Shown: positions 10,901-20,815 of the stretch, one piece after another
Numbering within the stretch: position 1 is the stretch's first letter
How the letters are laid out: each line of letters opens with the position of its first letter
IMG/VR virus record: IMGVR_UViG_3300020048_000027
Location: 32,001 to 96,000 of that record
Source of the DNA: a virus
DNA length: 64,000 nt
Direction: 5' to 3' (one strand)
Program-made: the position numbers and the translations under genes
Notes under the pieces: generated by a model
The model's database searches: none
What the model was told of the DNA's origin: nothing
The model's input: the letters and a program-made list of their open reading frames with translations, nothing else

Positions 10901-13491
10901 TCTGTTGTTACTGCTAGAGTTCTTCTGTATACGATTTTAAGTATATTCCATGAAGCGGTCAGTGTAGGTACCTCTGTTGTAAGTATCATCGCCATTCCAC
11001 AGTCTTGCGGTATTTCTGAGAAAAATGTTAAATCAAATAGTACTAAGGGTGCTGTTGGTCTTTTAAACGGATTTGCTCTATTTAATTCTCCGTCAGTTAC
11101 AACTATGCCGCTATTCTTAAGTTCCCCGTTGAATTTTGCTTCTTCATGTGCATGGTCCTCTCTTACGAGCATTCCTATATATGTACTTACTTCCCTATTA
11201 TGACTCGTAATGTACTCCTCTATACTCCCGTAAGCTCCTCCATGATTTCCAGAAGTCCTCACCATATCTATAGATCCTGTAAGTTCCATCTCAGTAGAGC
11301 TTACTGATACTGTTTTAGCTTTACTTCTATCTAGTATACTAGGTTTTAATATTACCCCTGTATTCATGTTAGATCTGGCAGGAATAAATTCTCGGATAGT
11401 TCTAAAGAGAGAGTTATCGAAGAATTTTAATAATCTTATAAAGTTGAACAGATTATATTCTGTTATCTTCATAGTAATGCTTTGATGCTCTTTTGCTAAC
11501 TCTTTATAAGAAGAAGCACCACTCTGTCTTGGATCACCAATATAATTATCAATATTAAAGGAGCTTGATATATGCTGCTTAACGTATTCATCTACAGGTT
11601 TATTTATATTAAACCCTACTTCAACCGTGTGTTTATCGTTTGTGTACTCTTTACCGTTCTTTAATACCGTCGTATGTAAAGATAATGTGTTACCTTCTAT
11701 TACGCTTCCTGTGTTATCTGTTCTGATTTTTCCTAATGAAGATGTATACTCTGTTTGAGTACCTCTTAAACTGTCCCCTTCTTTTTTTCCTCCTCCACTT
11801 AGTTTTATATCTAAAAGCTCATCAGGAATTCCATAACAAGCTATTAAAGCTCTTAAACCTCTTTCAGTTCCTTTTGCTTTTGTTAACAGTGGTAAGTTAT
11901 GGTAGATACGTTTATATATTTCTTTTCTGTAATTCTCTTTAGGCATTGGTTGTAAATATTCCGATGCACTTCCTGATGTAATTGTGTGTATATCAGTTAA
12001 CTGTTCGTTTCCTTCATCGTAAGCGTTGCTTGTATATATTGAAAAGAAATCATCTAAGTTTTGACCTGTTTCGTGAATCTTAATCCCAAAACCTTCAATC
12101 GCTGTTTTTACTAAATCCCTAGAGATTCCAAACTCTAGTCTGTTGTCTGCATTATACTTATCTGAAATAGCTCTAGCATATATCCATACATTATCGAAAT
12201 GTTGACCGATCATGTGTATAAAATTCAAATAAGGCTCGTTTGTACTGTCTTCCTTTATGTATGCTGGTACTGTGTTAATAAGTATATCTTCATTATCCCT
12301 ATCGTGTATGCTCGCTTCTATAAGCTGATTTTCATACCATGTTACTACTTCTGAGGAAGTGCTTGCTTGATTAGTATACGGCCTATTGCTATTTAATTTC
12401 GGCCATGCATTAGAACTACTTTCGTAGTATAGAAATCTGTCATAGTGATCAAAATTATCAACTACCCCTTTTATAAGTGTTTCGTAGTATTCTGCTGTCA
12501 GTTGAGTTAATGATCCTGTTTCAGATGCTTTTAGCTCATAATTCTCTATTAACCTTAGTTTATAGTCAAAGTTACGTAAGCGTTCTTCTGCTGAAGAGAA
12601 ATGTATAAAGTTTGAGTAGTTACTATGATCTATGCTTACTTGAGCACTTTTTTCGTTGTACAGCGATCTTAACTCATAGTAGGAACTTGTAACTGGAAAG
12701 CTAAATAACTCTGCATAGTTAAAGAACTCTGTAGGGTTATCTACACTATTTTCTAATTCTAGATCGAAATTTGCAGACCTCAAAGTCTTGAACCTTACAG
12801 GTTCCTCCTCTACTTGTGCGCTTACTTCGAAAGCTACTGAATCACTTTTCTTAATACTGATACTAAGTAATGTCTTTTCCAAAACATCTTCTGGCAGTGG
12901 TTCGTATAGTCTAACTAATACGGCTTTTTTATCTTTATAGTCCTCTGTTGCTATGTTAACTGCAGAGAGTATTCTATTTTCTTGAAGATTTAAGTTAAAG
13001 AAAGCTTGGTTAGGTAAGTTATCTATTCCGTTTTTAATTACGGAAGTACCTCTAATTACTACATCGTTGGGCACTTCCAAACTAACTAACCTTACCTCTA
13101 ATCTATCATTTGATATACTTTCTATGTAAAATGAGGATAGCTCTACTGTAGGTATCTTATAGACGTTTCTTAAAAAATTATAACACAGCCTTACTCCTCC
13201 GTATTCATACCCTACTCTTATTGCATCTTTTTCCGGGTCTATGCTTACAACAGAAGCGCCTTCTTTACCTGCTCCAGCTGCGTTTATAGATTGCTTAGCT
13301 CCTTTATAATTATGCTCAGAGTATATTAATTCATTATCTAATGAATATACGTGAAGTTCTATAGTGTCCTCAGCTTGATTATATGTTGAATTTACATCAA
13401 ACGTATCTATAAGTACACCATCTCTCTCAGTTACCTCTAAGTAGTTTGTTAGCTGTGAGGCATTTATCTCATCTATTTTATACTGCACCAT
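7909..13491 (-). CDS. Large baseplate wedge-type protein with C-terminal beta-propeller repeats
   Basis: KAKGTERGLRALI (P2 gpI/T4 gp7-like KGT motif); about 20 repeats of FSxDGxxMY...QYxLxTxWDIxTA in last ~1000 aa. Confidence 0.65.
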   Translation of the reverse strand: MVQYKIDEINASQLTNYLEVTERDGVLIDTFDVNSTYNQAEDTIELHVYSLDNELIYSEHNYKGAKQSINAAGAGKEGASVVSIDPEKDAIRVGYEYGGVRLCYNFLRNVYKIPTVELSSFYIESISNDRLEVRLVSLEVPNDVVIRGTSVIKNGIDNLPNQAFFNLNLQENRILSAVNIATEDYKDKKAVLVRLYEPLPEDVLEKTLLSISIKKSDSVAFEVSAQVEEEPVRFKTLRSANFDLELENSVDNPTEFFNYAELFSFPVTSSYYELRSLYNEKSAQVSIDHSNYSNFIHFSSAEERLRNFDYKLRLIENYELKASETGSLTQLTAEYYETLIKGVVDNFDHYDRFLYYESSSNAWPKLNSNRPYTNQASTSSEVVTWYENQLIEASIHDRDNEDILINTVPAYIKEDSTNEPYLNFIHMIGQHFDNVWIYARAISDKYNADNRLEFGISRDLVKTAIEGFGIKIHETGQNLDDFFSIYTSNAYDEGNEQLTDIHTITSGSASEYLQPMPKENYRKEIYKRIYHNLPLLTKAKGTERGLRALIACYGIPDELLDIKLSGGGKKEGDSLRGTQTEYTSSLGKIRTDNTGSVIEGNTLSLHTTVLKNGKEYTNDKHTVEVGFNINKPVDEYVKQHISSSFNIDNYIGDPRQSGASSYKELAKEHQSITMKITEYNLFNFIRLLKFFDNSLFRTIREFIPARSNMNTGVILKPSILDRSKAKTVSVSSTEMELTGSIDMVRTSGNHGGAYGSIEEYITSHNREVSTYIGMLVREDHAHEEAKFNGELKNSGIVVTDGELNRANPFKRPTAPLVLFDLTFFSEIPQDCGMAMILTTEVPTLTASWNILKIVYRRTLAVTTDTTNVRLSQDGKKVYTVTTSPNELKQFTLQTPWSIDTAGKPQNISTAIVDSSVTGLKLSATGDKMFILGESRDRVYEYSLQTAWDITSANYTTGRYFYIGNEDFSAIGIEISPNGTSLYIMGDERKRIVTYTLQTAWDITSAIKQITQYSVYAQDALVAGVEFSTDGSKMFIIGQQFNKVNSYTLSTPWDVKSATFQNSYTVVSSGQRALTFSTDGLYMYSLSSSTVYRYVLTEAWNILTATWNGSYPVMDYQGYVTDIKFSYDGTKLYTIDGYGPEAIITTPVNAWNIIPISSSTVDEINNHEAPGGLYISPDGTRLYTVDYSLDRVLQYTLSTPWTIASRGAIVNTLSLDTIENTPRDITFSPDGLNMYIAGCNNKGSNSDVTQFKLTTAWNISTAYIPGYFNIAALSKGFTFDAIGSTLYNIVDVNNAEKIDVYTLPTNYSTAGAILSGSVLINDVESSPKGIKFSDDGLNMYILGTGKVTQCTSATPWNLQEMLNRNLDSFNSAEHTTVYSIAFSENGLYMYVSGQVGTSNRLYQYTLTNPWDTSTASTVGYISLNAASTGKITISTDGLTLNVAGISIWTIYRYVLGTAWTISSVTTSGYTYIGNVTELAFSSDGTKMYTVYNTVLTQYTLSTAWNAGSTRTLVKSAVLNSGYGLQDITLSANGDRLYIVTTSNLIVQYALSTPWDIATATYRTLITVSAQSTSIGSITFSYNGETLYVNSLAPSPDIVNIYNLSTPWEIITSDSVNPFIDLSLIDISPTGIDFSSNGEKLFLSGDQTDKVYELPLATAWDITSYTELPKTLTIGEQEPNIRYAAFVSTDGDFLYTAGNSANIQQYNLTIPHDIPTAVYSGSLNVAPYTKVEDLYFNNDGTHMYISNTVSRDIAHYELSTAWKLSTATYLDKYEVPLGITLDGNKVTLSTVGDKFYISQEYNKVSEFLLQKSWELSTAEFVGVKLVSTQTSNIKGMDFRPDGSKFYLLGGSQGKVFEYQGVY

Positions 13492-13837
13492 TTATAATTG
13501 CTGTGTTCTGTGTTTCTATATCTAGTATTTGTTGGTTCGCTAAAAGTAGCTGTTCTCTTAATTGAGAGATTTCTTGTAATAGCGGCTCTATCTCTTCGGT
13601 CGATTGTTCAAAGTTTACTAGTTCTGAGCTTCTTTCTACTAAGTACCTGTGCGAGTTTATATCCCCGTCTACTGGTATTTCTATGTACAGTTCTTCGTAA
13701 TATTTAAAGAATTCTTCAACTGTTACTAAGCTTGCAGGGGCAATAGGTCCTGTAAAGGTCTTAAATTCTCTGTCAACTACTGTATTGTATTGATCTTTAT
13801 TATATACTGTTGTACTTACCCTAATATCTGTTTCCAT
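13478..13837 (-). CDS. Hypothetical virion protein, C-terminal coiled coil
   Basis: 119 aa, overlaps both neighbours. Confidence 0.55.
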   Translation of the reverse strand: METDIRVSTTVYNKDQYNTVVDREFKTFTGPIAPASLVTVEEFFKYYEELYIEIPVDGDINSHRYLVERSSELVNFEQSTEEIEPLLQEISQLREQLLLANQQILDIETQNTAIINGAV

Positions 13838-14939
13838 TTTCTATAACTTTAAAAACGTTTGTGGTATCTACCGCTACTGTGCTTCCGTCTATTTCTGTTT
13901 TTATAAAAATTCTGTAGTATCTTTCCGGTTCTAATCCATCCATATACATATCAAAATAAGGACCTTTATTATCTGCGCTTATCTTAGTGTAATTTTGATC
14001 AAAGGTAATAACCATTTCTTTTGTGTATTCATCTCTAACTGCCCAATATGATGCTTCTGGTAGTTTATAATTTGTTAGATATGCAGAGCCTGTTGTAAAA
14101 GTTCTTGTAGGGTACGTAGGTCTTGCTGTAATTCTAAACCTTTGTTTTCCTGAATCTAGGTAGGCTCTTTTCATATTAGTCACTTCAATTACTGCTAAAC
14201 TATCATTTAAGGTAGCTAAGCTACTGCTATATACGCTATCGTCCCATTTTAGTTCTAAGCAAGGAGGGTATATGGTATTCGTGTCTACGCTATAGTATTT
14301 TAACTTTATAGCTCTTTCTGCATTAAACTCTAAACTATCTTGTAGCTTTACTATGTAACCGTTATTCACAATAGATTCACTATAATGCATCTTTGTAGCA
14401 TTGGTAACATCTAAATTTAAATCTAGGTTTTGGTTTAATCTAAAGTTCTCTGTAGATTCTAGATTTATTCCTCCTGATCCTGTGTACCAGCTTCCTCCTC
14501 CTGTATGGGCATCTGTAAAAGATCCTGTTACGCCTACTACAACATCTGGTAATGTCCACGTGTTTCCTGGTAATTGTGTAGAGGTTGGATAAGTCCAAGA
14601 GACTCCTGTCTTATTTATAGGAGAGTCACCGTACATCCCTACTCCTGATTCCCAGGTATCATAAGAAGGGTATGCATATATTGAAAATTCTGTAGGAAGT
14701 TCATAGGCTGTTGCCAGTGATAAACTTAGATTAGCAGTAAAGTCCATTCCGTTTATAGTATTGTCTACTATATCTTGTATTTGCTCTGTGCTGAATTGTA
14801 TTAGTGTTCTAGAGCAGTGTCCTTCGTCAAATATTGGATACCCTCCTATCTCCAGGATAGCATCCTTACCTGCATTTGCTAAGGGCTGTTCCGTATAAAT
14901 AAAGCTGCTTTTTTCCGGGAATATTCTATATACTGCCAT
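13821..14939 (-). CDS. Putative virion structural protein (beta-sandwich)
   Basis: 372 aa; SRTLIQF..W.SG.G..SW..NNG pattern, in baseplate operon. Confidence 0.5.
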   Translation of the reverse strand: MAVYRIFPEKSSFIYTEQPLANAGKDAILEIGGYPIFDEGHCSRTLIQFSTEQIQDIVDNTINGMDFTANLSLSLATAYELPTEFSIYAYPSYDTWESGVGMYGDSPINKTGVSWTYPTSTQLPGNTWTLPDVVVGVTGSFTDAHTGGGSWYTGSGGINLESTENFRLNQNLDLNLDVTNATKMHYSESIVNNGYIVKLQDSLEFNAERAIKLKYYSVDTNTIYPPCLELKWDDSVYSSSLATLNDSLAVIEVTNMKRAYLDSGKQRFRITARPTYPTRTFTTGSAYLTNYKLPEASYWAVRDEYTKEMVITFDQNYTKISADNKGPYFDMYMDGLEPERYYRIFIKTEIDGSTVAVDTTNVFKVIENGNRY

Positions 14940-14940
14940 A

Positions 14941-15189
14941 CTATTTTTTAATTTTTTGAAGAAACAACTTATAATACTTATCTCTCATTACTTTCTGAGC
15001 CTCGGGTGTTAATTTATCAAACTGATCTCCCACTTCTCTAGCAGCTGCCATTACATACTGTGCGGACTTTTCCATTCCTGTAATATGTCCATCTTTCTCA
15101 GCAGTATTTAAAAGCTTCACCTGAGTGCTTGGTTTCTGCCTGTTTATTAACTCTTCTTTAATTAGTTCAATAAGTTCTTTTTTTTTCAT
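14941..15189 (-). CDS. Hypothetical protein with MKKKELIELIKEE leader
   Basis: 82-aa ORF tightly packed in operon. Confidence 0.6.
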   Translation of the reverse strand: MKKKELIELIKEELINRQKPSTQVKLLNTAEKDGHITGMEKSAQYVMAAAREVGDQFDKLTPEAQKVMRDKYYKLFLQKIKK

Positions 15190-15191
15190 AA

Positions 15192-17000
15192 TTACAATGT
15201 AGTTACTCGTCCTTGTATATCTATATCTGGGTATTTTACTTCAAATATCATAGGGTCATAAGAAGGATATACTATATTATCTTTAGTTGATCCTTCAACG
15301 TCGTATGCATACTCTGAATAATTTCCCCCTGTCCTACCGTATACTTTTATCTTCTGTACTGTCTGTACTCCTTTAACTTTGTCTAATAGTGTAAATATGG
15401 AAGATACATTAATTGGCTGATTTATTGACCATTTTTCTATCTCAAAGTGCACCTTTAAAGCTTCCGTACAACGTAGTAAAACTTCTTTTGATATAAAATT
15501 AGGTAATGTTATAATTTCAAACTGAACTCCTATGTTTATAATAAATGCGTCTTTTAAGTTAATTGCATCTGTAAGTAACATATACTGCGATAGATATGTA
15601 CGTAGGTTTGCTTTTAAGTTTGTGCTTGAAGTAGTAAGTTTCCCTTCGTTATCGTATGCAAGTGTGTATAGGGCAAGTGCGAGTGGGTTACTAAAAGAAT
15701 CTGTACTATTTGCAGATTGGTCTTGTGTTACGTATATTTTAGCAAGTGTTCCGTATTTTGGCGGTAATGACATTGCTCTTACAGTATAATCCTGTAAACT
15801 TACTGCTCTACTCTGTTCTCCAAATGACCTAAGTGCGTTTTGTCTCAACTCCTCTACTGTATCTCCGTCTTTTCCTCCTGTTGCAGGTAGGTTATTATTA
15901 AATGTTAACGTATTTACGTAGCTGGTATCTGTTGCAGAAGTTGTAACTCCAGATGCTTGTGTGATAGTGTTAGCTGGTGCGTTTGATACAATTCCTCCTC
16001 CTGTTATATACCTTATTGTAAGTACAGTGTTTGAAGGAGCGAGTCCATAAGATTTACTAAATAAAAAATTCGAAGGATCGTACGCTTGATCTAAACTATT
16101 TATTCCAATACCCGTACTATTATTAAGTACGTTTTTAGGATTAGGTAAAAAGTTTGTTTCATCTCCCTCTACTACTCCTGCTCCAAATTGGATCTGCATT
16201 TGACCGGTTGAAGTAAATCTAGTTACAAATCGTTTATTAACTTTTTCCAACTGTAAGCTGTAAGGTACTGCTGCTCTATCTGCTGCTACATTTGCAGCAT
16301 CGGTATATACTGTGCTTTGTCCTAAATAAGGTACCTCGTACCATTTATTATCATCGCTATCTGTTATATCTAATATCCCTATTATATCTGTATCTTCTAT
16401 TACAATTGTTTTAAACTTTTCTGCCGACTCACATGTTTCGCTATATGTTTTGATAACTCCTGATATTGCCTTTACTTTCTTACTTAGGATATACTCTGCA
16501 GGGTTTCCGCTATCTACTGAGTAGATTACTATTGAGGTAGGATCGTATGAGCTTGAGAAGTTAAAATCTACCGGGTCTGTGATTAAAAATTTAGGGTTTC
16601 CGGTTGAAGTTGCAGTAACTACAGTATTTGCTCCTAGTACTATAGCTTGATCCCAATTTGGGGAATACCCTGTACCTGTTGCGGATACCAGTTGGCTAAC
16701 TTCTAGCTCTACTTCTGAAACAGTACTTATTTTAGGTCGGTATCCCATCATATATGCGATTGCATACAGGTTTGCAGGGTCCTTTGCGTATTGTGTAAAT
16801 GTTTCTTGTAGCTGTGTGTCTTGGTAAAATGCTAGTACATCTCCTACATAGGCAGCCATTTCGATGAACATTGTGCCCGGTGATGAAGGTGAAAAATCGT
16901 TATAAGTATCCGGGAAGTAATTTTTTGCAAACTCTGTAAGTTGTGTTTTAAAATCTCCGAACTCTTTGTTAATATATTTTATGTCTCTTTCTATAGCCAT
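15192..17000 (-). CDS. Baseplate wedge protein (T4 gp6 / baseplate J-like)
   Basis: YNDFSPSSPGTMFIEMAAYVGDVL; GGKDGDTVEELR..A..QSRAVSLQDY. Confidence 0.85.
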   Translation of the reverse strand: MAIERDIKYINKEFGDFKTQLTEFAKNYFPDTYNDFSPSSPGTMFIEMAAYVGDVLAFYQDTQLQETFTQYAKDPANLYAIAYMMGYRPKISTVSEVELEVSQLVSATGTGYSPNWDQAIVLGANTVVTATSTGNPKFLITDPVDFNFSSSYDPTSIVIYSVDSGNPAEYILSKKVKAISGVIKTYSETCESAEKFKTIVIEDTDIIGILDITDSDDNKWYEVPYLGQSTVYTDAANVAADRAAVPYSLQLEKVNKRFVTRFTSTGQMQIQFGAGVVEGDETNFLPNPKNVLNNSTGIGINSLDQAYDPSNFLFSKSYGLAPSNTVLTIRYITGGGIVSNAPANTITQASGVTTSATDTSYVNTLTFNNNLPATGGKDGDTVEELRQNALRSFGEQSRAVSLQDYTVRAMSLPPKYGTLAKIYVTQDQSANSTDSFSNPLALALYTLAYDNEGKLTTSSTNLKANLRTYLSQYMLLTDAINLKDAFIINIGVQFEIITLPNFISKEVLLRCTEALKVHFEIEKWSINQPINVSSIFTLLDKVKGVQTVQKIKVYGRTGGNYSEYAYDVEGSTKDNIVYPSYDPMIFEVKYPDIDIQGRVTTL

Positions 17001-17410
17001 TATGCCTCAAAGTTAATAGTTATTTCATCCTCTATGTTTGTGTCTACTACTGTATAACTCATCATAAGGTTTATTGTATTATGACTTGGATCTGATTCTA
17101 TCAATAGCTCTTTTACGGAAACTGTTGGAAAATAGCTACTTATTGTATTTCTAACTTCTCTATCTAGTCGTCGAACTGTTGTATCTGTAATTTGTTCAAA
17201 TAAAACCTCTCTAAGGTTTGTACCAAATAGAGGGTTAAGTACTCTTTCTCCTCTACCTGTAAGTAGTAAATTCACTAGATTAGTTCTAATCGCATCTTTA
17301 GACTGATATGTTAAATTAAAGACAGCTCCTGCAGAGAAAGGCAATGCTACTCCTATTGCTTTTCTAGGCTGTAAATCTAAAGGGTTTATTTTTCTTGCTA
17401 AATATGCCAT
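17000..17410 (-). CDS. Baseplate wedge gp25/GPW-like protein
   Basis: NLLLTGRGERVLNPLFGTNLREVLFE. Confidence 0.9.
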   Translation of the reverse strand: MAYLARKINPLDLQPRKAIGVALPFSAGAVFNLTYQSKDAIRTNLVNLLLTGRGERVLNPLFGTNLREVLFEQITDTTVRRLDREVRNTISSYFPTVSVKELLIESDPSHNTINLMMSYTVVDTNIEDEITINFEA

Positions 17411-17419
17411 TATATGTTT

Positions 17420-17860
17420 CTACTTTACTCCTTCTTTTTCAACTACTGCTTTATTTATTGCACTTGCTTTCTTTAAAAAATTAAGATTTTCTAAATTTAT
17501 TCCTGGTTCTGTTGAGAGTAATCCCATTTGTGCTGCTCTTCTTGATGCTACCGAATTAGTAGACATACTGGAGTCCATATTTATTGCTGTTCTGTAATTT
17601 TCACTTTCGTTATTAGCTCTCATACTCTGCTCTGTCTCTAATAGTAGTTCAGATATAGGGTCTCCTTGATATTTTAAAAATTGCTCTCTAACCTCTTTTT
17701 CTATTCTCGGTTCAATAAATGCTGGTGTAGCAGGTATTTTTACTGAGTCTGCAGGTGTAGATGCAATTGTTATTGCCTCTGTAAGAACCTCTTGTAATTC
17801 CTCTCTAATTGCAAGTCTTACTTCTTCTCTAATAGCCTTCTTTAATTCTGTTAGTGTCAT
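17420..17860 (-). CDS. Hypothetical protein (start revised to MTLTELKKAIREEV)
   Basis: TATTTATA at 17866-17873 lies inside the ORF-track N-terminal extension. Confidence 0.6.
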   Translation of the reverse strand: MTLTELKKAIREEVRLAIREELQEVLTEAITIASTPADSVKIPATPAFIEPRIEKEVREQFLKYQGDPISELLLETEQSMRANNESENYRTAINMDSSMSTNSVASRRAAQMGLLSTEPGINLENLNFLKKASAINKAVVEKEGVK

Positions 17861-17879
17861 ATGTTTATAAATAGCGTTA

Positions 17880-19292
17880 TTATGCAAGTTGATTATCCAG
17901 TCTAAATTTAAGCTCGTCTAGTAATATTGAAGTGTCTGAGCTATATGATGCTGGTCCTGTAAGAACTACTACGTTTTGAATATCTCTTGCAGTTGCATAG
18001 TGTTGTGTTAATGTTGAATTTGTTTGTTTATTTGCTAATATCTCTAATGTATATTGTTGACCGTTCCTGGCGGTATATTGATAGTTCGGTGATACTTCGT
18101 ATTTTGCTTTACTGTACAGTTGTAAGGTATCGTAAATCTCTGCTATATTATCTGTAAGGTTGGGTACTTTATCTAGGTTAAGTCTTAAAAGAGTATCTAA
18201 TCCGGATTTTAATTGAACTGTTGCGTTATATAACTTATTAGTATATATACTACCTTCTTTGCTTACCTCTTCTGCAAGATCTATTCTTATATTTTTAAAA
18301 ACACTATCTCCTGTATCTCCAAATAACGACATGATTTTCAACACTTCCTCCGAAGCTGGTGCTCCTGTCTCTACTGCACTGCTTGGTATTATTACTAAAA
18401 TCCCCCCTGATAATGTAGCTTTTGAAGCATTTAAAGTGTTTGATAATACTAACCCTCCTGTTATATTATTATTAGAAATAACTACCTCCTTTATATCCAC
18501 TTTAATAATATTGTTTGTTAATGTAAGACCCCCACTTAATGTTCCGTTAAGAATCTCTCCATTACTAATAGTGGTATTTACTAGGTCTGCTCTTACAACC
18601 CTACCTGCTATCACTACACCTTCTTTTATTTCTATATCTTCAATCGTTACAGGAACTTCCGTAATACCTAATCTACTTTTAATTATAATCCCATCTCTCT
18701 GCTCCCTATCTATCTCTTCTGCTACAAGTGCATTGTATGCATCTACTTCATTCTGCTTAATAAGGTTTAACGCTATCTCTAATTGAGTTGCTACTGCAAT
18801 AATATCAAATAGCGATAATCTTTTTATAAGATTCTGTAGGTCTTCTAAAGGATCTTTTAATACCTCTTCTACTCCGTCAGCATCTTCTGATAGTTGTTTA
18901 ATATACTCTTTAACTTTATGCATTAAGTTAGCGTACTTGGTCGTAATAGATATAGGTAGTCCTATCCCGGGTGGAACAGCTTGCGGAATTGGTAATGCTA
19001 ATATTAGGTTTAACATCGTTTTTAAAGCTGCTAAAGGTGCTCTTATTCTGCCCGGTATACTGTTTAACTTAGTAAGTCTACTATTAACATTACTTATAGT
19101 CTTAGTTAAGTTTGCCCTTGTCTGGTTTAATCTTTTTACATCTAGATTAGTAGGTGCAGTATCCTGTGCAAATTTTCTAACTGCTTTATATAAAGTATCC
19201 GATACTTTTCCCATTACCTTCCCTTGAGCGCTGCCTACTAGCTTTGCTATGCCTCCTACTAATTTCGAATCTGGGATATTAACGTATGCCAT
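17880..19292 (-). CDS. Hypothetical virion-associated protein
   Basis: 470 aa; helical N-half, internal Ile/Gly/Asn beta-repeat segment. Confidence 0.5.
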   Translation of the reverse strand: MAYVNIPDSKLVGGIAKLVGSAQGKVMGKVSDTLYKAVRKFAQDTAPTNLDVKRLNQTRANLTKTISNVNSRLTKLNSIPGRIRAPLAALKTMLNLILALPIPQAVPPGIGLPISITTKYANLMHKVKEYIKQLSEDADGVEEVLKDPLEDLQNLIKRLSLFDIIAVATQLEIALNLIKQNEVDAYNALVAEEIDREQRDGIIIKSRLGITEVPVTIEDIEIKEGVVIAGRVVRADLVNTTISNGEILNGTLSGGLTLTNNIIKVDIKEVVISNNNITGGLVLSNTLNASKATLSGGILVIIPSSAVETGAPASEEVLKIMSLFGDTGDSVFKNIRIDLAEEVSKEGSIYTNKLYNATVQLKSGLDTLLRLNLDKVPNLTDNIAEIYDTLQLYSKAKYEVSPNYQYTARNGQQYTLEILANKQTNSTLTQHYATARDIQNVVVLTGPASYSSDTSILLDELKFRLDNQLA

Positions 19293-20440
19293 TACTCTAT
19301 AAATACTTTTTTAGACACCAGTGTACCTACCCTACCTTTTAGAGCTTTTACTACCGGTAGTACTGTACTACCTCCCACAATAAGTTTAGCAACTGCTGCT
19401 GGTGGTGCTGGGGGGAGGGTTGCCATTGTATTTGCTAATTTCTCTACCTGTTTTATTAATTCCTTTAACCAATCCACAGCAGATTGACCTAATATTGCAG
19501 GTTCTGTTTCTAACCTAAGTGCTACATTACCCAAGTATATTTTCTCAGCGTCAATACATACATAATCTTCTCCATCTATCGACACTGTTTTGCTACTTAT
19601 TCCTAAAGCTTCTTTAGACATTAGCAAAATATCATTTTCTTTCGCATTAAATATAAGTCTTCCTGCATTTACTACTACTTGATTTCCCTTAAATCTATTT
19701 ACTGCCTGGGGAAGTTCTTTAAAAGCTTTCTGTTTACTGTTCGCTGGTTCAAGCTCGATTCTATGGTTAGAGGCTAGGTAGATTGAATTGTAATCCTTAT
19801 TTACATCCTCTACTACACTATCAAATCCGTTGTCAGTTTCTACTTGACCATTACTTATAACCACCAACGGTGACCCATTATTGCTTGAATTAATCCAAGG
19901 ATTATCCCCGTGCTTAGCTCCTGTCATTCTAATAGATTGTCCAAACCTACCTTCTATTAACGTATCTCCAGGGAAGCTTTGAAGAGGGTTAACTGTGCTT
20001 TTTTCTTCGAATTCTTTACCTAAGTCTGCTTCAGATGATTTAAATTGAGTTGTATCTGGGTATGCATTATGATGAGGGTGATTCCATAGAGGAACTATCT
20101 CTGTATAGTATGTCTTTTTAGCGTTAGGGTTAACCTCTCTACCCCCCTCAGAAGGTCCAGATGTAAGTTTTACTATTTCTCCTTTAAGAGGTACTGTTTT
20201 AATAGACATACTCCCTTGAGATGCAAATTTTAAATCCTCATCTGTAGATTCTACGCCAGGGTTCCCTAACTCCCTATATAATATCCCGTTAATAGCTTGG
20301 GATTTACCGTATTTTTCAAATTGCGGATGAAAAGAGTCCATTATTATATCCACTACTCTACCGTATCCACTAGAAGTCTTTCCTCCTTTAGAAGAACTAC
20401 TTGATCTCTTATACCCTGGTGATGTACTAAATCGTGGCAT
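19292..20440 (-). CDS. Baseplate hub/spike protein (gp5/VgrG-like)
   Basis: OB-fold-like N-term (VPLKGEIV), GDTLIEGRFGQSIR, beta-helix-like C-term. Confidence 0.65.
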   Translation of the reverse strand: MPRFSTSPGYKRSSSSSKGGKTSSGYGRVVDIIMDSFHPQFEKYGKSQAINGILYRELGNPGVESTDEDLKFASQGSMSIKTVPLKGEIVKLTSGPSEGGREVNPNAKKTYYTEIVPLWNHPHHNAYPDTTQFKSSEADLGKEFEEKSTVNPLQSFPGDTLIEGRFGQSIRMTGAKHGDNPWINSSNNGSPLVVISNGQVETDNGFDSVVEDVNKDYNSIYLASNHRIELEPANSKQKAFKELPQAVNRFKGNQVVVNAGRLIFNAKENDILLMSKEALGISSKTVSIDGEDYVCIDAEKIYLGNVALRLETEPAILGQSAVDWLKELIKQVEKLANTMATLPPAPPAAVAKLIVGGSTVLPVVKALKGRVGTLVSKKVFIE

Positions 20441-20787
20441 TACTCTATATTTTTACTTCTTTGCTCCTCTAATTTTTCTTGCTCTTGTAATAAGTCTTGT
20501 AATTCAGAAAAATCTATCATATCTGGTGATGTTCCTTTTACTGTTGCTGTTTCTATTCTCTGAATTACTGTTGCAAGTTTAATAAGATGTTCATCATTTT
20601 TTATACCTATATCCATGTACTCTTTTATCATAGGTACCACTAAAGAAGCATCGCCTACACCTTCAATTAACTCTTTTAATTGCCCTATTAATGCTTTCAC
20701 CTGTCCTCTTGTATTTTTAGAGTTATCATAGATCTCCTTAAACAAGTCTGATAAGGTTTTCCCTTTAAATATCTCTTTATCTCCCAT
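20440..20787 (-). CDS. Hypothetical helical protein
   Basis: 115 aa; TATTTATA at 20805-20812 upstream. Confidence 0.6.
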   Translation of the reverse strand: MGDKEIFKGKTLSDLFKEIYDNSKNTRGQVKALIGQLKELIEGVGDASLVVPMIKEYMDIGIKNDEHLIKLATVIQRIETATVKGTSPDMIDFSELQDLLQEQEKLEEQRSKNIE

Positions 20788-20815
20788 TCTCGTGCTGTTT
20801 TCTATATAAATAGAT

